From Coprothermobacter platensis DSM 11748 (lineage in GTDB: Bacteria > Coprothermobacterota > Coprothermobacteria > Coprothermobacterales > Coprothermobacteraceae), in NCBI RefSeq assembly GCF_000378005.1, contig NZ_KB899040.1, positions 189,468 to 253,467 of the forward strand: a stretch of DNA of 64,000 nucleotides. Reading direction: 5' to 3'. Under the pieces are notes generated by a model. It worked only from the letters and a program-made list of their open reading frames with translations. It searched no databases and was not told where the DNA came from. Below are positions 46,281 to 55,541 of the stretch, in pieces. Within the stretch, counting starts at the first letter, position 1, and each line of letters starts with the position of its first letter. The translations under genes were made by a program, and so were the position numbers.

Positions 46281-48566
46281 ATGCAAGAAGAATTCAAGTA
46301 TTGGGAGAAGATGAAGGATATCACCTTCGAGTTCATGGATATCATGCTGAATTACAGGCAGAGTGGACATCCAGGAGGAAGTCACTCAAAAACCCAGATG
46401 TTTCTTGCTCTCATGTTCGGTGGCAAGATGCGTTATGATATAAGGCGCCCTGAATACCGTTTCAGTGATAGATTCATACTTTCTGGTGGACACACAGTAC
46501 CCATGGTAGACTCAGTCCTTGCCATGATCAGCGATGCATTCCGTGTTCGCTACAGCGATACAGGCGATAAACGCTTTTTCATAGATCCTGAAAAAATCGT
46601 CTTACCTGAGGATTTAATGACTTTTAGGCACCGTGATGGACTGCCCGGTCATGCTGAGTTTTCCGGCAAGACATTATTCCTGAAGTTCAACACAGGGCCA
46701 TCAGCTCATGGCTTACCCGCTTCTGTAGGAGAAGCCCTTGCCTTAAAGAAGGCAGGTTTAGACGAATTTAAAGTGTTTGCCATTGAAGGAGAGGGAGCAC
46801 TCACAGCAGGTGGGTCCCACGAAGCAAAGAATGGTGCTTGGGGTTATGGTTTGGGAAATCTTTATTGGCTCGTGGATTGGAACGATTTTGGTATAGACGA
46901 TAGGCGAACATCGTCGGTTGTGTTCGGTGGGCCAGATGAGTGGTTTTCTTCTCATGGGTGGCGTGTTTTTGGCACCTTAGAAGGTCATGACTGGAATGAA
47001 GTTTGGAAAGTGTTTGTTGATGCTTTGGATCATCCTGATAGTTTACTTCCCACTGTCATGTATTTCAAAGACAGAAAAGGCTATGAATATGGTGTCTATG
47101 ACAACAAATCCCATGGCACACCAATAAAGAAGAATGCGCCTTTATTCTGGGATGTTCGTAAGCGGTTTATGGAGAAATATGGAGTGGAATATGATGGTTA
47201 CGGCAAACCTGCGCCCGATAATGCCGAAGATGAAATGAAACAGTTCCGCAATAACCTCGATATTGCAGCAAGTGTACTGCGTAACGATAGGGAACTGGTA
47301 GAGTATATCACAGATAGGTTGGTGGATATAGGAGAGAGTCTGCCTAAATCTGTTCCTACCTTCAAGCTTGATGGGAATCCTTATAAAGACCCTGCTCTCT
47401 ATGACTATAAGCACTATCCTGAGGAGATGTATGCCAAACCAGGCGAAAAGGAGCCTAACAGAGCGGCTCTTATCAAATGGGGCAGTTACGTCAATGCTGT
47501 TATAGGCCGCAAGTATAACAGACCGGTTTTCATAGCTACATCAGCTGATTTGACCGAATCTACGAACCTGCATGGTTTTGGGCTCGGTTGGGAAGATAAA
47601 CCGGGCTGGGGTTGGTATGATCGCTCCAGCAATGTAGATGGAGCCATTTTGCCTTCAGAGATAACAGAATTCATGAACTCTGGTGTAGCTGCTGGCATGG
47701 CTACTGTTAATCTTGCTGAAAATCCTTATGAAGACTTTAACGGTTATTGGGTCATCATGTCTACTTATGGATCCTTTGCCTACTTGAAATATGGTCCTAT
47801 GAGGCTGCTAAGCCAGTTAGCTCAAGATTGTCCGTTGAAAGTAGGTAAGGTCATATGGGTTTTGGGACACTCAGGTCCAGAAACAGCGGAAGATTCACGC
47901 ACGCATTTTGGTGTATTCTCTCCCGGCGTTTCTCAATTATTCCCCAAAGGGCAGGTGATCAACCTTTATCCTTGGGAATATAACGAGGTTCCTGTGGTGT
48001 TGGGTGAGGCCTTGAGTAAGGACGTTCCCATAATTGCTCTGCACTTAACAAGGCCAGCTATCAATATTCCTGATAGAAAAGCACTGGGCATTGCTCATTA
48101 CTTTGACGCTGCTAAAGGTGCTTATCTGATAAACGATTTTGATCCTGCACGTCCCAAGCAGGGCACGGTAATCGTGCGAGGAACGAGTACTACGGCAAAC
48201 TTGGTAAGCATTTTACCTCAGATAAAGGAAGCTTTTAACGTAAAGATCGTTGCCGCAATAAGCAGAGAATTATTTGATATGCAACCGCAGGAATATAAGA
48301 TGCAGATATTACCGGCTTCTGATTGGGCTGACTCCATGGTTATAACTAACGAAGCGCTATCACTCATGCAACCTTGGATCTTTTCTAAAGTGACCGAAGA
48401 ATATTCATTGTCCAGTGATTGGGATAATCGCTGGAGATCTGGCGGTTCTGTAGATGAAGTTTTAGAAGAAGCCCATTTGGATTCTCAGTCCATATTCAAA
48501 GGCATAGAACGGTTTGTTAAAGACAGAGAAAAAAGGTTAGCTCGCTTTAAAGAGCTGGGATGGTGA
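46281..48566 (+). CDS. Transketolase-family ThDP-dependent enzyme (long, divergent)
   Basis: N-terminal RQSGHPGGSHSK and DRFILSGGHTVPM match the transketolase ThDP-binding region. 761 aa from the ATG at 46281, which follows AAAGGAGG. Confidence 0.7.
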   Translation: MQEEFKYWEKMKDITFEFMDIMLNYRQSGHPGGSHSKTQMFLALMFGGKMRYDIRRPEYRFSDRFILSGGHTVPMVDSVLAMISDAFRVRYSDTGDKRFFIDPEKIVLPEDLMTFRHRDGLPGHAEFSGKTLFLKFNTGPSAHGLPASVGEALALKKAGLDEFKVFAIEGEGALTAGGSHEAKNGAWGYGLGNLYWLVDWNDFGIDDRRTSSVVFGGPDEWFSSHGWRVFGTLEGHDWNEVWKVFVDALDHPDSLLPTVMYFKDRKGYEYGVYDNKSHGTPIKKNAPLFWDVRKRFMEKYGVEYDGYGKPAPDNAEDEMKQFRNNLDIAASVLRNDRELVEYITDRLVDIGESLPKSVPTFKLDGNPYKDPALYDYKHYPEEMYAKPGEKEPNRAALIKWGSYVNAVIGRKYNRPVFIATSADLTESTNLHGFGLGWEDKPGWGWYDRSSNVDGAILPSEITEFMNSGVAAGMATVNLAENPYEDFNGYWVIMSTYGSFAYLKYGPMRLLSQLAQDCPLKVGKVIWVLGHSGPETAEDSRTHFGVFSPGVSQLFPKGQVINLYPWEYNEVPVVLGEALSKDVPIIALHLTRPAINIPDRKALGIAHYFDAAKGAYLINDFDPARPKQGTVIVRGTSTTANLVSILPQIKEAFNVKIVAAISRELFDMQPQEYKMQILPASDWADSMVITNEALSLMQPWIFSKVTEEYSLSSDWDNRWRSGGSVDEVLEEAHLDSQSIFKGIERFVKDREKRLARFKELGW

Positions 48567-48574
48567 AATAGGAT

Positions 48575-49159
48575 ATGAAGATGGAACTTAGCTCTGCTGA
48601 TGGAATCATTGTTGTGGATATTCAGCGTGATTTTTGTCCCGGAGGTGCACTTCCTGTGCCTGAAGGTGATGACATTGTCCCCTTGGTAAATGAACTCTTA
48701 CATAAGGCGGAAAAATCAGGTTGTTTCATTGTTTATACAAGGGATTGGCATCCACAAAACCACATGTCTTTTAAGACATTTGGAGGTACGTGGCCAGAAC
48801 ACTGCGTTCAATGGACCGCCGGAGCTGAGTTCCATCCTTCTCTTTATCTATCTGATAAGGGCGTCATTATTAGTAAAGGTACAAACCCAGAGTTTGAAGC
48901 TTATAGCGGATTTCAAGGAACCGATTTAGATGCTACATTGAAGGCTAATGGTGTGCACAGGTTATTCATCGTGGGTTTAGCTACGGACTACTGTGTTAAA
49001 GAAACTGCTTTGGATTCATTACAAAGGGGCTATGATACTTACGTTGTCAAAGATGCCGTACGTGGAGTGAACGTTCATCCTAATGATTCGGAAAACGCTT
49101 TGAATGAAATGGAGCAAAATGGTGCAAAAATTATATTTTCTAAGGAGTTGCTGTATTAA
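48575..49159 (+). CDS. pncA: Nicotinamidase/pyrazinamidase (isochorismatase family)
   Basis: IIVVDIQRDFCPGGALPVPEG, catalytic region FIVGLATDYCVKETALD. Confidence 0.8.
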   Translation: MKMELSSADGIIVVDIQRDFCPGGALPVPEGDDIVPLVNELLHKAEKSGCFIVYTRDWHPQNHMSFKTFGGTWPEHCVQWTAGAEFHPSLYLSDKGVIISKGTNPEFEAYSGFQGTDLDATLKANGVHRLFIVGLATDYCVKETALDSLQRGYDTYVVKDAVRGVNVHPNDSENALNEMEQNGAKIIFSKELLY

Positions 49160-49908
49160 TGGCTTACATAGAAAGTCCGAAAAACCCAAAAATTAAGTTT
49201 GTAAAGAAGCTACTTACCAGCAAAAAAGAGCGTGATGCAAGAAACCAGTTCATTTTAGAAGGTGCAAAAGCCATAGAATCATACGCTCAGTCTGGTGGTG
49301 TTATTTCAGAAATCCTCTATTCTAAAGAAGCGAAAAATCTACCAAAAGTGAAGGGTCAGCTTACTGAATGCAGTTATGATGCTATAGAGTCTGTAAGTGA
49401 CATAGCTGCTGACCAAGGTGTTGTTGCCATTGCCCAAAAGAGAGAATGGACACCGCAGCATGTTCTAAAAAGAGGACGCATCATTTTACTGGACCAGATA
49501 CAAGATCCCGGAAATCTGGGGACTGCCATGCGCACCGCTGCTGCTTTTGAATATGGCGTTTTGCTAACGGCGGGTAGTGCCGACGTGTACAATCCAAAAG
49601 TTGTAAGGGCTTTAGCAGGAAATTTACTTTCTCCCTTTGCATACGTTTTGCCTGAAGATGCGCTGAGGTTGTGTGAAGATCGTTTTGTTGTAACAACATA
49701 CAAATCTGAAGAAAAACCACAGTTTCAATGGGAGTTGCCGCTGGTTTTGATCCTTGGTAATGAAGGGCAAGGATTGAGCCCCATTTGGAAAAAAATCGCC
49801 AAGGCCAATGCGTGGATTCCTTCCAAAGTGGAATCCCTAAACGTCGCAGTAACCAGTGCCATATTGATGTGGGAGGGTTCCAAGATTGGACCTGCAAGAA
49901 ATCGTTGA
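49159..49908 (+). CDS. TrmH/SpoU-family RNA 2'-O-methyltransferase
   Basis: SpoU motifs ILLDQIQDPGNLGTAMRTAAAFEYGVLL, LILGNEGQGL and LNVAVTSAILM. Confidence 0.8.
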   Translation: MAYIESPKNPKIKFVKKLLTSKKERDARNQFILEGAKAIESYAQSGGVISEILYSKEAKNLPKVKGQLTECSYDAIESVSDIAADQGVVAIAQKREWTPQHVLKRGRIILLDQIQDPGNLGTAMRTAAAFEYGVLLTAGSADVYNPKVVRALAGNLLSPFAYVLPEDALRLCEDRFVVTTYKSEEKPQFQWELPLVLILGNEGQGLSPIWKKIAKANAWIPSKVESLNVAVTSAILMWEGSKIGPARNR

Positions 49909-50503
49909 CGTGCTGGCGGAAACGCATAAGAACGACTTGCACTTTGACTTGAATTTTGAGAATCCTTTCCAGTTACTTGTAGGAGCGCTTTTAGCTGCAC
50001 AAGCCAGTGATGAATCAGTAAATGCAATAACCAAAGGTTTTTTCAAAACGTTTCCCACGCCTGAATCTGTAGCTACAGCCAGCGAGGAAACGCTGGAAAA
50101 GGCTATATATCCTGTGAATTTTTATAAGACCAAAGCAAGACGTCTTAAAGAATGTTGCAAGGCATTATCTACTGCGTTTCATGGAAAAGTTCCTGAAAGC
50201 CTCGATGATTTGGCGAGCCTTCCGGGTGTTGGCAAGAAAACAGCATCCATGGTTGTCCTGGGGGCTTACGGTAAGCCCGCAGTGGTAGTGGACAGGCATG
50301 TTTTGAGAGTACTCAATCGTCTGGGTTTTTCATACAAGAATGCTGACATGGCTGAAGAGGAAGTAAAAAAACTGCTATCGCCTTCTTACTGGGGTAAACT
50401 TTCGTTCGCCTTGATGAGGCATGGCAAGACTATTTGCTTGGCTAAGAAACCTCAGTGTAGCCAATGCCCGTTAAAAGATACTTGTCCCAGCAGCGAGGTC
50501 TAA
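49886..50503 (+). CDS. nth: Endonuclease III
   Basis: HhH LPGVGKKTASMV, catalytic region, and a C-terminal 4Fe-4S cluster CLAKKPQCSQCPLKDTCPS. Confidence 0.9.
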   Translation: MDLQEIVDVLAETHKNDLHFDLNFENPFQLLVGALLAAQASDESVNAITKGFFKTFPTPESVATASEETLEKAIYPVNFYKTKARRLKECCKALSTAFHGKVPESLDDLASLPGVGKKTASMVVLGAYGKPAVVVDRHVLRVLNRLGFSYKNADMAEEEVKKLLSPSYWGKLSFALMRHGKTICLAKKPQCSQCPLKDTCPSSEV

Positions 50504-50509
50504 AAATTC

Positions 50510-50980
50510 ATGCCAATGGTCGACCTAATAACTACCATTGTTCTTATCTATTTTGCTGCCTCCGGATTCCTTAGCGGCGCCAGTGCGTTAGCCACTACAC
50601 TTGCGTTTTTTATCACTGTTTACTTTAGAATTTTTATATCCAGTAGCATTGCAAAGTGGGTTTTTACTTTGCTGACACGTTTTGGTGTAACTGCCGATTA
50701 TGTACAGTTGCTTTCAACAGTTTTAGCTTTTCTGTTTTTCTATCTTGTGGTAAGAATGCTCATTCGGTCTATTCTGCACATTGTTCTTCCGTCTTCGGGC
50801 ATAGGGCGTATCCTTTATGCAGCAGGAAGTGCTCTTGTGAACGGTTTTGCTTACTTCTATCTGCTAAATAGTTTACTCAGTCAGTCCTCTCCGTTAAGTG
50901 TTTATCTCTTACCTTATTTTAAGAATACCTTTACTTTGCAGCTCTTACAGACCATATTCAGCCACACATTTGTAGTGTGA
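50510..50980 (+). CDS. CvpA-family membrane protein
   Basis: 156 aa with four TM helices and the N-terminal pattern MxxVDLITTIVLIYFAASGFLSG typical of CvpA. Confidence 0.6.
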   Translation: MPMVDLITTIVLIYFAASGFLSGASALATTLAFFITVYFRIFISSSIAKWVFTLLTRFGVTADYVQLLSTVLAFLFFYLVVRMLIRSILHIVLPSSGIGRILYAAGSALVNGFAYFYLLNSLLSQSSPLSVYLLPYFKNTFTLQLLQTIFSHTFVV

Positions 50981-51025
50981 AACTTTTTGCATCTCTCCGC
51001 GTCTACATTACGGAGGTGATACAAA

Positions 51026-51754
51026 ATGAAGAAAATTTATGGTTCATTAGTAGCGGTGGCATTAGTAGCCGCAGTAGTATTGGGAGCATGGCTCTTACCA
51101 GTAGGAGCTGCCAGCAGTGAGTCCAAGGATACACCTACGATTTCTGTGAACGGGACAGCGAAGATCGATGTCGTTCCTGATATCGGTACCATAGGCTTTG
51201 CTGTGGAATCAACTCAAAAGACAGCGTCAGAAGCATTAGCTGACGTAACAAAGACATCTAATGCGGTTATCAGTGCCCTAAAGCCGATTGTCCAGGATGA
51301 GAAAAATATCCAGACTGGCGGAGTAAACGTTTACCCTGTTTACGATTCTACCGACAAAGGTACGCAGTTTATAGGATATCGTGCCAATGTGCAAATATCA
51401 GTTAAGTCTTCTGTGGATACGTTATCAAAGATCATTGACGCAGCTTTTTCTGCTGGTGCCACAGGCATGAATGGGATTACTTATGAGTATTCAAAGACTG
51501 CTTCTGTCATGGACCAACTATTGAAAGATGCTATGGCGGATGCTCGCCATAAAGCTGAAGTGACATTGTCTGCTGAACATGCTACCCCTGGTACTTTAAA
51601 CAGCGTAGAGGTTTTGGACAGTGGCATTCCCGTTTGGAATCAAATGAAACAAACGATGGCATCTGCAACGGGTGCTGACCAAACACTAGATGTAATGCCC
51701 GGTGTCCAAGAAATCAGTGTAAGCGTAGCAGTTTCCTACGTTATAAACCAGTAG
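51026..51754 (+). CDS. SIMPL/DUF541-family secreted protein
   Basis: Signal peptide, ISVNGTAKIDVVPDIGTIGFAVESTQKTASEA and the C-terminal SIMPL pattern. Confidence 0.75.
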   Translation: MKKIYGSLVAVALVAAVVLGAWLLPVGAASSESKDTPTISVNGTAKIDVVPDIGTIGFAVESTQKTASEALADVTKTSNAVISALKPIVQDEKNIQTGGVNVYPVYDSTDKGTQFIGYRANVQISVKSSVDTLSKIIDAAFSAGATGMNGITYEYSKTASVMDQLLKDAMADARHKAEVTLSAEHATPGTLNSVEVLDSGIPVWNQMKQTMASATGADQTLDVMPGVQEISVSVAVSYVINQ

Positions 51755-51788
51755 GCACGTCCACCTTTTAAACCATATTCGGGGGGTT

Positions 51789-51825
51789 AGGCGTATGCGC
51801 AAATGCGCATACGCCTTTTTGTTTT
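51789..51825 (+). terminator. Intrinsic terminator downstream of the SIMPL gene
   Basis: Near-perfect 12 to 13-bp palindrome AGGCGTATGCGCA / TGCGCATACGCCT followed by TTTTTGTTTT. Confidence 0.6.
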
Positions 51826-51837
51826 AAAATAGTTCAT

Positions 51838-52551
51838 ATGGATTATTTTGGTGAGCTTTACTACCGATGTTTTAAGACTAAACTTGAAGAGCGGGCAGAA
51901 GAAGAGACCAGACGGGCTATTGAACTCATGGATAAACCGAAGACAGTGCTGGATGTAGGCTGCGGATGGGGCAGACATCTTCATTACCTGCTCAATTGGG
52001 GTATAGACGCTTGGGGTATAGAGCCAAATCCATTCTTTGTGGAAGTTTTTCGCGAACGCTACCCCATGTGGAAGGATAGAATTATTCAAACAACTTTGCA
52101 AGATGCCTATGTGTTTAAGCAGTTTGGCGCTGTTTTGAGTTTGTGGACGAGCATTGGTTGGGATGAAAGCGCCTCTGCAGAAGAGTCACTTTTCGATAAG
52201 TTCAGCCAGTTTTTGCTCCCTGGTGGCCAACTGCTCATTGACGTGGATAATCTTCAAGGTTGGCAAGCACACTTTTGTAAACGTTGGTGGGAACGCGTAG
52301 AGGGTGGTTATGTCCTCGACAAACACGACCTGCGAGGGAACATACTTACCACAAACAGGCTTTTTCTGCTTGGCGACAGCCAATACAATGTAAGAAGGCA
52401 GTTGAAACTGTATTCCCTTGATGAATTGCAGAATATGGCTGAGGACCACGAATTATTTCTCAAAATGGCATACAGAGATTTAACAGGTAATCCTTTTCAG
52501 AAAGAATCAGCCAGAATTGTCGCTGTTTTTGAAAAAATCAGCGCAGCGTGA
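51838..52551 (+). CDS. Class I SAM-dependent methyltransferase
   Basis: SAM motif I VLDVGCGWGRH and the following Rossmann-fold pattern. Confidence 0.7.
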   Translation: MDYFGELYYRCFKTKLEERAEEETRRAIELMDKPKTVLDVGCGWGRHLHYLLNWGIDAWGIEPNPFFVEVFRERYPMWKDRIIQTTLQDAYVFKQFGAVLSLWTSIGWDESASAEESLFDKFSQFLLPGGQLLIDVDNLQGWQAHFCKRWWERVEGGYVLDKHDLRGNILTTNRLFLLGDSQYNVRRQLKLYSLDELQNMAEDHELFLKMAYRDLTGNPFQKESARIVAVFEKISAA

Positions 52552-53239
52552 CTTCTCCCCAGTTTATGTTTATCCATTTTCCTCCAGCGGCAACTAGTAA
52601 GCTTCCATCATCGTTTATGTTGGATGCGATACCTTCCCAGGACTCATCCTTTGAAAGAATTTTTACTTGTTTGCCTAATAGTGCGAATCTGTTCTTGAAT
52701 ACTTGTACCACGGTTTTATAATCAACTTCTTGGTTGTAAATTTGCTCCATACGTTTTGCTAAATAAGTGAGTGGTTGTTCCAGTGCGACTTCTCTTTGCA
52801 GCTCTTCCTTTATGGAAGTGCCCGGGTATTCTTCTGGGAATTCGCTTTGATTAACGTTTAAACCAATGCCTACTATAATCCCCTGCAAGGTGTCTTGCCA
52901 TATTCCTTCTGGTAGCACGCCGGCGACTTTTTTGCCGTTTATAAGCACATCATTGGGCCATTTTGCCTCCCAGCTTAGACCAAGTGATTCAAGGTATTCG
53001 CCAATAAAAACCGCGGCTGCCATGCCTACCAAAGGCGGATTTGCGTAATAGTTTCCTGGCAACGCAAAGCTTACAAGTAAATTCATTCCTGGCTCATCTT
53101 TCCATACTCTACCCATACGGCCACGTCCCATAGTCTGATGCTTAGCTACGAATGCAGCAGGCTCGCTTTTCCTATCAATAATATGGGTTCTTGCCAAATC
53201 ATTTGTGGATTCCACCACATCAAACGTGTATATGTCCAT
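52538..53239 (-). CDS. birA: Biotin--[acetyl-CoA-carboxylase] ligase, catalytic-only form without an HTH domain
   Basis: KHQTMGRGRMGRVWKDEPG (GRGRxGRxW motif); 233 aa. Confidence 0.85.
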   Translation of the reverse strand: MDIYTFDVVESTNDLARTHIIDRKSEPAAFVAKHQTMGRGRMGRVWKDEPGMNLLVSFALPGNYYANPPLVGMAAAVFIGEYLESLGLSWEAKWPNDVLINGKKVAGVLPEGIWQDTLQGIIVGIGLNVNQSEFPEEYPGTSIKEELQREVALEQPLTYLAKRMEQIYNQEVDYKTVVQVFKNRFALLGKQVKILSKDESWEGIASNINDDGSLLVAAGGKWININWGEVTLR

Positions 53240-53304
53240 ACTGTTAAATCACCCCCTCTTGGCTATTATAACAGTGTTAAACTCAAAGTGGAGGTGACCA
53301 CAGC

Positions 53305-55077
53305 ATGATGGAATGGTCCTTGAGTGAGCTTTACCCTTCTTTTGATTCTCCGCAGTACCAGGAGGACATGAAGAAGTTAGAAACACAGATTAATGCGTTT
53401 AATGAATGGTCAGAAAAGGCACTGACGGATTACAACGACGCTTCCGCTAAGGCAGAAGAAGGTATTAAACAAACCATGGTAATTGCTGAACTTTATGATA
53501 AACTTGCCTCTTTTGCCCAACTTACCATGAGTGTGGAAGCACAAAATGAAGACGCTGCGAAAGCTGCAGATAAGGTCCACACGATTGTAGCCAGCATGGC
53601 ACTGGGCGACACACGTTTTAAGAAATGGCTTGCCGGCATCACAAATTTGGATTCAGTTATAAATGAGTCCAGTCTTCTTAAAGAACATGAGTATTTTATA
53701 AAAGATGCTGTCCGTTACGCTAAACGATTGCTCAGTGAACAAGAAGAGCAATTGATAAGCCAGATGCAAACGACTGGCAGTTTGGCGTGGTCCCGTTTGC
53801 AGGGCAGTCTCACATCCAAACTTCTTGTGGATATAACAGTAGATGGTAAAGAACAAAAACTACCGCTGACTGTGGTCAGGAATATGGCGTTTCATGAGAA
53901 TAGAAATGTGCGCCGTACAGCTTACGAAGCAGAACTCAGGGGCTATGAAAAAATCGATGAGGGTGTTGCGGCAAGCTTAAACGGTATAAAGGGCGAATTT
54001 TTGACCATATCCGAGAAACGTGGCTACCGTGACCCATTAGAAGCCACCTTAGAAACGATGAAGATGGATCGCAGTGTTTTCGACACGCTTATGGATGTTA
54101 TGAAGGAAAGTCTTCCAATATTCCGCAGGTATTTGAAGATAAAAGCTCAACTGCTTGGGGATGGAGATGGACTCCCATGGTACGATCTATTTGCTCCCGT
54201 AGGTAAAAGTAATAGAACCTTCACCATTAATGACGCAAAAGACTATATCGTTTCTAACTTTGCCAAGTTTGCTCCTGAGCTATCTAACTTAGCTCGTCAG
54301 GCGTTCGAGGAAAAGTGGATTGACTACACTCCTCGTGAAGGCAAACGCGGTGGAGCCTTCTGTTCAGGCATACATCCCATTAAACAGTCGCGAATCATGG
54401 CAAATTTTGATGGCACCTTTGATGGTGTAACCTCATTGAGCCATGAGTTGGGGCACGCATTCCACAACTGGTGCCAACGGGATGAAAGCATCCTTAATGC
54501 TGATTCTCCCATGCCACTGGCGGAAACAGCTTCCACGTTCAATGAGACCATGATAGCTGAAATAGCTATGTCTGAAGCTGACAATGACGAAAAACTCTTC
54601 ATACTTGAGAAGAGTTTAAGTGGAGATACCCAAGTTGTGGTGGATATTCTAAGCCGATTTTTATTTGAATCAGAAGTGTTCCAAAGAAGAAGTCAGGGCC
54701 CGCTTTCTGTCTCCGAGCTCAAAGAGATTATGGCGAATGCCCAAGAACAAGCTTACGGAGATGGTTTAAACTGGGATTATCTTCATCCTTATATGTGGGT
54801 TAATAAACCTCACTATTACTACGCAAATTTACATTTCTATAATTTCCCGTATGCTTTTGGTCAATTGTTTAGCAAGGCACTTTACGCCATGTATAAAGAG
54901 CAAGGTAAGGATTTCTTGCCCGCTTATGAGAATTTGCTTCGCAATACCGGAAAGCATGACATAAAAGATCTTGGTAGCCTCATCGGTGTAAACCTAACAG
55001 ATAAGAAATTCTGGGAGAAATCCATCGCCCTCATAGAAGAGGAAGTTAATGAATTCGAACGTTTAGCAAACCAGTAA
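53305..55077 (+). CDS. pepF: Oligoendopeptidase F (M3B family)
   Basis: 590 aa with the zinc site HELGHAFH and the M3B architecture. Confidence 0.9.
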   Translation: MMEWSLSELYPSFDSPQYQEDMKKLETQINAFNEWSEKALTDYNDASAKAEEGIKQTMVIAELYDKLASFAQLTMSVEAQNEDAAKAADKVHTIVASMALGDTRFKKWLAGITNLDSVINESSLLKEHEYFIKDAVRYAKRLLSEQEEQLISQMQTTGSLAWSRLQGSLTSKLLVDITVDGKEQKLPLTVVRNMAFHENRNVRRTAYEAELRGYEKIDEGVAASLNGIKGEFLTISEKRGYRDPLEATLETMKMDRSVFDTLMDVMKESLPIFRRYLKIKAQLLGDGDGLPWYDLFAPVGKSNRTFTINDAKDYIVSNFAKFAPELSNLARQAFEEKWIDYTPREGKRGGAFCSGIHPIKQSRIMANFDGTFDGVTSLSHELGHAFHNWCQRDESILNADSPMPLAETASTFNETMIAEIAMSEADNDEKLFILEKSLSGDTQVVVDILSRFLFESEVFQRRSQGPLSVSELKEIMANAQEQAYGDGLNWDYLHPYMWVNKPHYYYANLHFYNFPYAFGQLFSKALYAMYKEQGKDFLPAYENLLRNTGKHDIKDLGSLIGVNLTDKKFWEKSIALIEEEVNEFERLANQ

Positions 55078-55100
55078 GTAGGAGCAAGTCCTATTAATAA

Positions 55101-55127
55101 AAGGGAGAAGACGGCGTCTTCTCCCTT
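55101..55127. terminator. Bidirectional intrinsic terminator (pepF on +, holin-like gene on -)
   Basis: AAGGGAGAAGAC / GTCTTCTCCCTT stem flanked by an A-run and a T-run. Confidence 0.6.
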
Positions 55128-55156
55128 TTTGCTTAAGTATTACAGCACTTATACCA

Positions 55157-55492
55157 CTATTGAATTAGTGGGCCTACGAAGAGCCCCACTATACTTGACA
55201 ATATCCATACAATTATTGCAGCCCCGAAGGATTTCAGGTAAATACCCGGCACTAAGCTTGCCATGAGCCAAATAATAAAGCCGTTTATAACTAAGCTGAA
55301 CAAACCCAGTGTCAATATGTTAATAGGCAACGTGAGCAAAGTCAAAATTGGTTTTATGATGATCTGAGCCAAGCTAAGTACCAATGCCCCTAAAATCATA
55401 GCTGCCACACCAGAATATGTTATTCCGTGGTAAAACAAACTTACTATGGCCAGTACCACAAAATTTGCGATCCACTTTCCTAAAAATATCAT
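55157..55492 (-). CDS. DUF360 / phage-holin-4 superfamily small membrane protein
   Basis: 111 aa with four TM helices. IIKPILTLLTLPINILTLGLFSLVINGFIIWL matches the YvlD/DUF360 pattern. Confidence 0.5.
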   Translation of the reverse strand: MIFLGKWIANFVVLAIVSLFYHGITYSGVAAMILGALVLSLAQIIIKPILTLLTLPINILTLGLFSLVINGFIIWLMASLVPGIYLKSFGAAIIVWILSSIVGLFVGPLIQ

Positions 55493-55541
55493 TACATCAC
55501 CTCCTTTAACGTGATACCATAAAAACGCAAGTTATATTAAA

